This document shows positions 55,447 to 64,000 of a stretch of 64,000 nucleotides of DNA, in pieces. Each line of letters opens with the position of its first letter. Within the stretch, counting starts at the first letter, position 1. A program made the position numbers and the translations under genes. Source of the DNA: an uncultured Clostridia bacterium (GTDB lineage: Bacteria > Bacillota > Clostridia > TANB77 > CAG-508). Under the pieces are notes generated by a model. The model saw nothing but the letters and a program-made list of their open reading frames with translations. It was not told the origin of the DNA and made no database searches. The DNA is taken from contig CALXVM010000008.1 in assembly GCA_944392105.1 (NCBI GenBank), positions 2,148 to 66,147 on the forward strand, written 5' to 3'.

Positions 55447-55608
55447 GTTATTCCTCCCACTTTTGTTTCTTTTGTTATTGTTTCCCATTTTTTTATTTTT
55501 AATCATTATTTTACTTTTTGTTCTGCATTACATTTATATATTAACATTTCAAGTTAGTATAATGATTATTAACTTTAATATAGAAACAATTTTATCTCAT
55601 TTTGCAAT

Positions 55609-55634
55609 ATTATACCATCTCATAGTGAGATGGT
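55609..55634 (-). promoter_or_regulatory. -10 box (TATAAT) abutted by palindrome ACCATCTCA-N3-TGAGATGGT upstream of variable gene 4
   Basis: Complement of 55609-55614 is TATAAT. The palindrome has 9-bp arms at 55614-55634. The core is shared with 27298-27312. Confidence 0.4.
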
Positions 55635-55763
55635 ATATTTCTTTTTCTTTACATTTTTATTACAATTTTGTTTCACTTTTGATTACATTTTAAGTTATGT
55701 TTTGGCTTGCATTTTAATTGCTTCTTTGACTGCTCTTTCGATAGATTTTATCTAGTAATTAAG

Positions 55764-55826
55764 TTATCAACGTTCTCCGTCCCTATTGACAAGTTGTCAA
55801 AAATCTCCGTCCCCATTGACAAGTTT
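55764..55826 (-). repeat. Family-B palindromic repeats, two tandem units
   Basis: TTATCAACGTTCTCCGTCCCTATTGACAAG followed by TTGTCAAAAATCTCCGTCCCCATTGACAAG. The mtaB reading frame runs through both (…CQWGRRFLTTCQ*). Confidence 0.8.
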
Positions 55827-57129
55827 CGCTCTTGGCAAGCTCTCCAACTAACTCTAGCCCTTCTGCTCTTGCAATTTTTACATTGGCAATTTCATTTTCT
55901 AGCTTGCTTTCTTTTGCTTTTACTTTAACTACTCTATAATTTGTAGTATGTCCTTTTAAGTATTCTCCGTCTTGCTCTTCAAAAAGAACGCTAAGGGTTT
56001 TACCTACACATGCATTATTAAATTCTTCCTCATATTTATTTGAAAGTTCTAATAGTTTATTGCTTCTTTCTTCTTTTATATTTCCGTCTATTTGATTTTC
56101 CATTACTGCTGCTTTAGTTCCTTCTCTTATTGAGTATTTAAACACATGTATTTTATATAATTTTATTCTTTTTAGTAATTCATAAGTTTGGTTAAATTCT
56201 TCGTCTGTTTCTCCGGGGAAGCCCACTATTATATCTGCTGTTAATGCTGCATTTGGAAAGTATTTTCTTATTCTTGCTGCCGCTTCTTCTATTTCTTCTG
56301 CTGTGTATTTTCTATTCATCCTTTTTAAAGTTTCTGTACAACCACTTTGTAAAGATAAGTGAAAGTGGTCACATACTTTTTCTAACTTGCTTAGTCTTTC
56401 TACAAAGTCATCCGTTATTATTGTTGGTTCTAATGAGCCTAACCTAATTCTTTTTATTTTAGGGATTTTGTTTATATCTTCTAGTAAGTCTATAAGCCTG
56501 TAATCTTTTAATTTTTCTTTATTTTCTTCTTCCGACTTATTGCAGTCTATTTGCTCTATATCCCTATATGCAAAATCTGTACCGTAAGCAGTTAAGTTTA
56601 TTCCTGTTAACACAACCTCTTTTATTCCATTTTCTGAAATTTTCTCTATTTCTTTAATTATATGTTCAGGAAGCCTACTTCTAACTCTTCCTCTTGCATA
56701 TGGAATAATACAATATGTACAAAATTGGTTACAGCCATCTTCTATTTTTATTACTGCTCTGTTTCTCTCTGTATGCGTAATCAGCCCATATTCCTCATAA
56801 TTATCCTTTGGTGTCATATCAGAAACAGAAACTATTTTCTCTCTTTCTTTTAAATATTCTTGTGCATACTTAACTATATCTTTTTTCTCCTTAGTCCCAA
56901 GAATTAAATCTATATCTTTTATTTCTTCAAGTTTTTCCCTAGCCACTTGAACATAACAACCAACAGCTACAACTATTGCATCCTTGTTTTGTTGCTTAAC
57001 TCTCCTTATCATCTGTCTAGACTTCTTATCTGCAATACTTGTAACTGTACATGTATTTATTACATATATATCTGCTTTATCCTCAAAATTTACTACGTCA
57101 TATCCTGCTTCTATAAATTTTTGCATCAT
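55783..57129 (-). CDS. mtaB: tRNA threonylcarbamoyladenosine methylthiotransferase MtaB-like radical SAM enzyme; N-terminus apparently frameshifted
   Basis: Radical SAM CNQFCTYC, MTTase N-domain VINTCTVT, and a TRAM-like C-terminus. The expected start (ATG 57196, RBS AAGGAG, MEKGKVAFCTL) is in another frame. Confidence 0.85.
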   Translation of the reverse strand: MMQKFIEAGYDVVNFEDKADIYVINTCTVTSIADKKSRQMIRRVKQQNKDAIVVAVGCYVQVAREKLEEIKDIDLILGTKEKKDIVKYAQEYLKEREKIVSVSDMTPKDNYEEYGLITHTERNRAVIKIEDGCNQFCTYCIIPYARGRVRSRLPEHIIKEIEKISENGIKEVVLTGINLTAYGTDFAYRDIEQIDCNKSEEENKEKLKDYRLIDLLEDINKIPKIKRIRLGSLEPTIITDDFVERLSKLEKVCDHFHLSLQSGCTETLKRMNRKYTAEEIEEAAARIRKYFPNAALTADIIVGFPGETDEEFNQTYELLKRIKLYKIHVFKYSIREGTKAAVMENQIDGNIKEERSNKLLELSNKYEEEFNNACVGKTLSVLFEEQDGEYLKGHTTNYRVVKVKAKESKLENEIANVKIARAEGLELVGELAKSETCQWGRRFLTTCQ

Positions 57130-57304
57130 TGCATTTGTTTCATACTGGTTTGTTTTACAACCGCAAAGTGCAAAAAGCTACTTTTCCTTTTTCCATTATA
57201 AATCTCCTTAAAATAACACTATGTTTTATTTTAGCATATTTTAAGTAATAATTCAAATATTTAGTTTTTCTATAAAAATATAGTAAATTTATTTTATATA
57301 ATAG

Positions 57305-57340
57305 AAAAGCACGGTACGAATAACCCATACCGCGCTTTTT
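57305..57340 (-). terminator. Rho-independent terminator of the small membrane-protein gene
   Basis: Minus strand GCGCGGTA-N10-TACCGTGC followed by TTTTCT. Confidence 0.65.
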
Positions 57341-57348
57341 CGAGGAAA

Positions 57349-57564
57349 TCAATAAAAGGCAACTGTGTAAGCAGCACCAATGGCTCCCCAGATTCCGATG
57401 ATGGCAAGAAGAATCACTCCAAATTTTGTGTTAAAAAAGTACTTTAACCTTTCTTCCACAGCTGGCCACCGTGCCTGTACGAACATTAGGATAAAAGCGG
57501 AAATAACAAAGATGCAAAAAATCGCTCCTCCCATTAGCAAAATTGTGTCCAGTACCATAAACAT
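57349..57564 (-). CDS. Small hydrophobic protein (71 aa, 2-3 TM) in a G+C-rich islet
   Basis: An ORF with its own terminator. Its composition is clearly richer in G+C than the flanks. I recognise no family. Confidence 0.5.
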   Translation of the reverse strand: MFMVLDTILLMGGAIFCIFVISAFILMFVQARWPAVEERLKYFFNTKFGVILLAIIGIWGAIGAAYTVAFY

Positions 57565-57642
57565 ATTTATTCCTCTCTTCTAAAAAGTGATATAAATATT
57601 ATATCACTTAATTAACATAAAATCAAATTATATGGTATTTTA

Positions 57643-59307
<1,665 letters not shown>

Positions 59308-59473
59308 TCAAATAATTAACTGCAATTACATATCTATTTAATTAAATTACGATTAATTATCTATTCAGTTTTATCTATGTTTAGATTTATTATTTAACTA
59401 ATTATTTTCAACATTTGTTAAACTTTATACATACTGCTAAATAGTAAATTGAGTTAAGCTAAGTTAAGTTAAA

Positions 59474-59776
<303 letters not shown>

Positions 59777-59818
59777 TTATGTAGGCTCTAAATTCTCCTG
59801 CATATATTATATGTTATA

Positions 59819-59890
59819 TTAGCACTCATTATTACTGACTGCTAATATAATTTATACCTTTTTTTAGCACTTGTCAATATATATTGCTAA
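59819..59890 (-). promoter_or_regulatory. groESL promoter region with two CIRCE-like HrcA operators
   Basis: TTAGCACTC-N9-GACTGCTAA at 59819-59845 has one mismatch to the CIRCE consensus. A weaker TTAGCACTT-N9-TATTGCTAA is at 59864-59890. On the minus strand, -35 TTGACA (59872-59877) is followed 17 nt later by TAAATT. Confidence 0.8.
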
Positions 59891-59912
59891 ATTTCACAAA
59901 ACATTCACATTT

Positions 59913-59993
59913 GGAAATTGAGGACAGGTCAAAGAAATTAGGACCAGATCCAAATTTCTTATTTTAAGAAATTTAGATCTGGTCCCAATTTCC
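59913..59993. repeat. Family-A repeat cluster with units in both orientations
   Basis: GGAAATTGAGGACAGGTC and GAAATTAGGACCAGATC are inverted units. Then AAATTTCTTATTTTAAGAAATTT and AGATCTGGTCCCAATTTCC (a forward unit). It ends 2 nt before the deoD stop. Confidence 0.8.
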
Positions 59994-59994
59994 A

Positions 59995-60714
59995 CTAAAT
60001 ACTTTCCAATGCTAATTTAATCATGTTGTTTAGGCTCTTTTCCCTTTCTTCTGCTGTACTACTTTGTTTTTTTGCCAAAGAATCTACAACAGTTAATAAA
60101 CAAGATGCTTTTTTATTAAGATATTTTGCAATATAGAATAAAGCAAAAGCTTCCATTTCTGCTCCAATTATATTTAGGTCCTTTGGCAATCTATTTAATA
60201 ATGCATTTAAGTCATCTAAATATCCATCGAAACAATCTGAGCATAACGTATTTCCTTTTATATAAGGAATGTTTAACTTTTTTGCCACTTCTTCTATACT
60301 TGCATTTAGCTCTTCATCTGCTTGCATTAAATGGCAATCATTAGAATTCCATTCATATGCAAAATTTCCTTCTGTATACGTTTTATCTACTAAAATTGTA
60401 TCTAATAAGTCTATGTCTGGCGTGTATACTCCACATGAGCCTATCCTTATAATATTTTCCACATCATAGAATTTGTAAAGCTCATAACAGTAAATTCCCA
60501 TACTAGGCATTCCCATTCCAGAAGAGAATACTGTAACTTTTTTATCGCCATATTTTCCTGTATATGCAAGCATGTTTCTAACAGTATTTACTAGCTTTAC
60601 ATCTGTCAAAAAATTCTCAGCTATATATTTAGCACGTAATGGATCTCCTGGCATTAATACGTTTTTCTCAATATCATTCTTATTTGCGTTACAGTGAATA
60701 GTCATAAAACTCAT
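59995..60714 (-). CDS. deoD: Purine nucleoside phosphorylase, DeoD type
   Basis: PNP/UDP family: LMPGDPLRAKYIAE, SSGMGMPSMGIY, GAEMEAFAL. Confidence 0.88.
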   Translation of the reverse strand: MSFMTIHCNANKNDIEKNVLMPGDPLRAKYIAENFLTDVKLVNTVRNMLAYTGKYGDKKVTVFSSGMGMPSMGIYCYELYKFYDVENIIRIGSCGVYTPDIDLLDTILVDKTYTEGNFAYEWNSNDCHLMQADEELNASIEEVAKKLNIPYIKGNTLCSDCFDGYLDDLNALLNRLPKDLNIIGAEMEAFALFYIAKYLNKKASCLLTVVDSLAKKQSSTAEEREKSLNNMIKLALESI

Positions 60715-60804
60715 TCTCCTTCATTGGTTTTATTAAGATACTTTATTAGTATTAAACAGCGTAATTAATAAAATGTGAATCGTACTTTTTCCAACTTTAA
60801 AAAT

Positions 60805-60825
60805 GCTGACCTGTCCCCAATTTCC
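60805..60825 (-). repeat. Family-A repeat, solitary half unit
   Basis: GCTGACCTGTCCCCAATTTCC, just downstream of greA. Confidence 0.7.
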
Positions 60826-60830
60826 AAATT

Positions 60831-61310
60831 TTATTTTGTTATTGCTAAAATTTTATATTTCATTACTCCTGCTGGTGCTTGAACTTCTACAGTTTGATTT
60901 TTCTTAGCTCCTAATAAAGCTTTTCCTATTGGTGATTCGTTTGAGATTTTATTTTCTGCTAGGTTAACTTCTGTTGAGCCAACTATTGTATATGAAACTT
61001 CTTCGTCAAATTCTATATCTAAAACTTTAACAGTGTTACCTACTTGTACTGTTTTTGTGTCTATTTCTGATTCGTCAATAATCTTAGCATATCTTAATTT
61101 ATTCTCTAATTCAGCTATTTTAGTTTCATTAGCTGCTTGAGCATTTTTAGCTTCATCATATTCTGAATTTTCAGATAAATCTCCAAATCCTAAAGCCACT
61201 TTTATTCTTTCAGATATCTCTGTTCTTTTTTCTGTTTTTAAAACTTCTAATTCTTGTTCAAGTTTATCGTATCCCTCTTGAGTTAATAGGATTTCTTTTT
61301 CTTCTCCCAT
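60831..61310 (-). CDS. greA: Transcription elongation factor GreA
   Basis: N-terminal coiled coil with ...[13 protein letters not shown]..., and a C-terminal FKBP-like domain. Confidence 0.95.
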   Translation of the reverse strand: MGEEKEILLTQEGYDKLEQELEVLKTEKRTEISERIKVALGFGDLSENSEYDEAKNAQAANETKIAELENKLRYAKIIDESEIDTKTVQVGNTVKVLDIEFDEEVSYTIVGSTEVNLAENKISNESPIGKALLGAKKNQTVEVQAPAGVMKYKILAITK

Positions 61311-61410
61311 AAGTCTTTCCTCCTTTTTGTCAATATGTTTTTAATACAAAAAATAAATTTGAACGACTTCAAATTTATCCCATATATATTAATCCATTTT
61401 AATAAATTTG

Positions 61411-62700
61411 TCAATAGTATTTTTTAGCCTCATTATCGGTCAAATTCACTCGTTTATACTCATTTTCATCAATTATTCCATTATTTCCATACAGTTTTTT
61501 AACCACAAACCCTGCATCTTCAATTTTCTCCCTTATGTTTTCAAAATTTTCTTTTTTGTTCAAAAAGCTTTCATATAAAATAGACATACTAGTAATGTTT
61601 ATTAATCCATATTCTTTAAAGAATTGTTTAGTTTTATCGTTTAAATCTATTTCAAATGAATTAACAAAAATCCCCTCAAATCCTGTTAAAATCATTATGT
61701 TACGTTTCTTTTCTTGCCCAATTGCTTTTTTACTCGCTTTCCAATTTTCCTGCTTTTCAGCTCCTAACTGCATATTAATTATAATGGCTTTTCTATATAT
61801 TAAATATTCATTTAATTCTTTAATGGAATTATCTACATTTATTATATACTTTGCTCTTCTTAAACTTTTTCTTTTATTATTTAGCAAAATAACACTGTTT
61901 CCTGTATTATTATAAACAAGAGTTTCTATATAATCATACTTTCCTATATTTTTACTAACTATGTTAACATTTTTAAATTTTGTACTTAAAAATATTATAT
62001 TGCCTAACATAACTTCGTCTATATTATTAGCAATTATATAAATGTCTTCTAACTCAGGCTTTCTATTTTGAATATTTATAATATACATTAAAATTTCATA
62101 TATTATATATTCAAAAAGCCCATTTCCGTCAAAAAAAAATATTTTTCTTTCTTTAATAAAAGATTTTGTTTTTATAATATTATTTGTAGCATAATTTAAG
62201 TTTTCTATAACCTCTGTTTTTTTTAAATTTTTTTCTGACGATTTTACTGTTTTATGTTTTTTCCTTATAATCAATTTATCCAAGAAATCCGTATTTCTTT
62301 TAATATCATCTGATAAAACTATTCCATCTATATTTTTTTCATTTACAATTTTTTTAATTTTTCTTGCGATTATACAATTTTTTATCTGCATGATTTTATT
62401 TAATATAAAGTCTCTTAATGTGGTAGTTTCCTTATTTGATACCAAATTTTTAATTGCAATATTTCCTCTATTTGATACAACATCTTCAAATACAGTAGTA
62501 TTTTTATTTATCTTCTCTACTTTTTGTTTATGTTCTTCTTTCTTTATGTTTATTGGAACACTTGCTATATATCCATTAAAAATTTCTTCTAAATCAACTA
62601 TGCAAAATATTCTTTTAAAGACTTCTCTAAATTTATTTATAGCTTTATGAAACTTACTTTCTTCTTTAACCTTTATATACAATACATTCAAAAAAATCAC
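61411..62700 (-). CDS. Hypothetical protein (K/N/I-rich)
   Basis: Long ORF with host-like composition. I recognise no motif. Confidence 0.5.
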   Translation of the reverse strand: MIFLNVLYIKVKEESKFHKAINKFREVFKRIFCIVDLEEIFNGYIASVPINIKKEEHKQKVEKINKNTTVFEDVVSNRGNIAIKNLVSNKETTTLRDFILNKIMQIKNCIIARKIKKIVNEKNIDGIVLSDDIKRNTDFLDKLIIRKKHKTVKSSEKNLKKTEVIENLNYATNNIIKTKSFIKERKIFFFDGNGLFEYIIYEILMYIINIQNRKPELEDIYIIANNIDEVMLGNIIFLSTKFKNVNIVSKNIGKYDYIETLVYNNTGNSVILLNNKRKSLRRAKYIINVDNSIKELNEYLIYRKAIIINMQLGAEKQENWKASKKAIGQEKKRNIMILTGFEGIFVNSFEIDLNDKTKQFFKEYGLINITSMSILYESFLNKKENFENIREKIEDAGFVVKKLYGNNGIIDENEYKRVNLTDNEAKKYY

Positions 62701-63043
62701 CTTCTAATTCCCAGCATCTCTTATTTACAGTTCATCGCATTAATATTCAATATCGTATAAAAGCAAATACTTAGATATTTAAATTTAATGTTTGTCTTAA
62801 ATTATATTTAGGTAATCTTCTTTTTATTACTTAAGTTCTGTTATTTTTAATTCTAACTCCATAATTTTTATGTACTAGGTATTGTTTTAAATTTTCTATT
62901 TAAACATTATTTTTAATTCTTCAATTTTTTAAGTGTATTGTCTAAAGAATCACAAAAAGCTAATAACTAAGAAAATCTCTTAATTATTAGCTTTTACTCT
63001 ATTTTTCTTTATCTATCTTTATTTATCTTCATATTTTAAATTT

Positions 63044-63188
63044 AAGATCTGCCTCAAATTTCTTCTTTTAAGAAATTTAAATCTGGTCCCAATTTCTTCT
63101 TTTTAGAAATTTAGATCTGGTCCCATTTTCTTTGCTGACCTGTCCCCAATTTCCCAAATCGGGAAGTTGGGACCTGTCCCTAATTTCC
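63044..63188 (-). repeat. Family-A palindromic repeat array (5 units)
   Basis: AAGATCTGCCTCAAATTTC, AAATCTGGTCCCAATTTC, AGATCTGGTCCCATTTTC, TGACCTGTCCCCAATTTC, GGACCTGTCCCTAATTTCC. Interleaved arms are AAATTTCTT/AAGAAATTT and CCCAATTTCCC/GGGAAGTTGGG. The terminal unit encodes G-N-stop of the GH18 gene. Confidence 0.88.
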
Positions 63189-64000
63189 AAAAAGCTTTTC
63201 TTTTACTATGTCCCATACTTCTGGGCTTTCTCTGTCTTTTTCCCAATATGCTGCTCCTGCTAATTTATATTCGTTTATTAAGTCTAGCTTAGCAGAAATT
63301 GATGTAGTGTCTTCTACCCACATCTTATATACGGCACCATTTTGTGTATATTCTACATAGTATTGTTTTAAGTTGTCATCCCATCTCTTTTCTACATTTG
63401 ATGGAAGTACTTTGTCTACATCTTTTAAGTCTACTGTATCACTGCTAATCTTTCCATTTTCTTCTTTCCATAGTCTTGTATAAAATGGTACTGCTAATAT
63501 AAGTTTGTCAGGGTCTACTCCTTCTTGTCCTAAAAATTTAGTAACGTTTACTTCTACCCAGTCACATCCAGCTGTAGTTCCTTCTTTATTAGAGTTTGCT
63601 CCGTATTGGTCATATGCCATAAAAATAATATAGTCTGCTACTTTACTTATAGTATTTCTGTCAAAGCACATTGACCATGTTTCTGAGCCGTCTGGTGCTG
63701 TTACATCTACAGATAAAACTTTGCCCATTTCATTTAGTCTTGGCTCTAGCTCTATTAAGAATCTATTAAACATTGCCTTATCTTCCATGTACATGTTTTC
63801 AAAGTCTATGTTTATTCCGTCTAAATTATATTTTACAACTAAGTCCACAATATTAGCAATTAATTTATTTCTTAATTTGTAATCGTTCATAATTTCAGAA
63901 GTTGTTTCCATCATAGATTCATTTGAAATCATTGCCCATACTTCTATTCCATTGTTATGTGCCCAATTGATATAATTTAGTCCAGCTGTTCCTACATTTT
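63180..64000 (-). CDS. Glycoside hydrolase family 18 domain protein, N-terminus beyond window edge
   Basis: Catalytic DGINIDFE motif. The reading frame stays open upstream of the track Met to position 64000 (…VGTAGLNYINWAHNNGIEVWAMISNES…). Confidence 0.8.
   Translation of the reverse strand, partial: NVGTAGLNYINWAHNNGIEVWAMISNESMMETTSEIMNDYKLRNKLIANIVDLVVKYNLDGINIDFENMYMEDKAMFNRFLIELEPRLNEMGKVLSVDVTAPDGSETWSMCFDRNTISKVADYIIFMAYDQYGANSNKEGTTAGCDWVEVNVTKFLGQEGVDPDKLILAVPFYTRLWKEENGKISSDTVDLKDVDKVLPSNVEKRWDDNLKQYYVEYTQNGAVYKMWVEDTTSISAKLDLINEYKLAGAAYWEKDRESPEVWDIVKEKLFGN

Noticed and set aside
61411-62700. I searched for a reverse transcriptase, Avd or template repeat to go with the variable regions. 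This ORF contains LSDD.
   Set aside because: There is no YxDD context and none of the other RT motifs, and the composition is typical of host hypothetical genes. No sequence in the window resembles the variable patches with adenines substituted. The retroelement core is therefore not in this window.

Overview
This is an AT-rich chromosome segment that looks like Bacillota, probably Clostridia. Hand counts give about 28% G+C in ordinary genes, and almost every gene is on the minus strand.

**Backbone.** The backbone is housekeeping: a GH73/SH3b wall hydrolase (cut by the left edge), an RluA-type pseudouridine synthase, ftsH, cysS, a class A PBP, an L,D-transpeptidase, dprA, folD, dxs, ftsE/ftsX plus two coiled-coil M23 peptidases, split transketolase, an LtaS-like sulfatase, a CaCA antiporter, an ArsR repressor with a P1B ATPase, a HIT protein, a short alaS, mtaB, groES/groEL with CIRCE, deoD, greA, and a GH18 protein (cut by the right edge).

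**Accessory content.**
1. Main finding: four related surface-protein genes (11848-13300, 25722-27179, 46764-48014, 54034-55446).
   - Each combines a type-IV-pilin-like N-terminus with a C-type-lectin-fold-like C-terminus.
   - The last ~200 nt of that C-terminal domain is a sharply G+C-rich patch.
   - In the three close paralogs the scaffold codons of this patch are identical. The interspersed codons differ mostly at positions 1-2 and keep a pyrimidine at position 3.
   - This is the signature of diversity-generating retroelement (DGR) variable regions.
   - Each patch ends in a hairpin. In three genes the hairpin spans the stop codon and is followed by a conserved ~140-nt 3' UTR element.
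   - No reverse transcriptase, Avd or template repeat is in the window, so these would be remote or orphan targets.
2. A ~9.5-kb integrative mobilizable element sits in tRNA-Gln(UUG). It carries an integrase, an Xis-like gene, a MobV relaxase, a duplicated oriT-like block, a hairpin cluster, and the fourth variable gene.
3. An IS481/IS3-like insertion sequence is flanked by 26-bp direct repeats.
4. A HEPN/MNT pair, a sortase, and a vWA protein with an IPQTG sorting signal are present.
5. Two families of short palindromic repeats overlap the stop codons of unrelated genes.

**Caveat.** Four genes show apparent frameshifts. This indicates either gene decay or consensus errors in the assembly.
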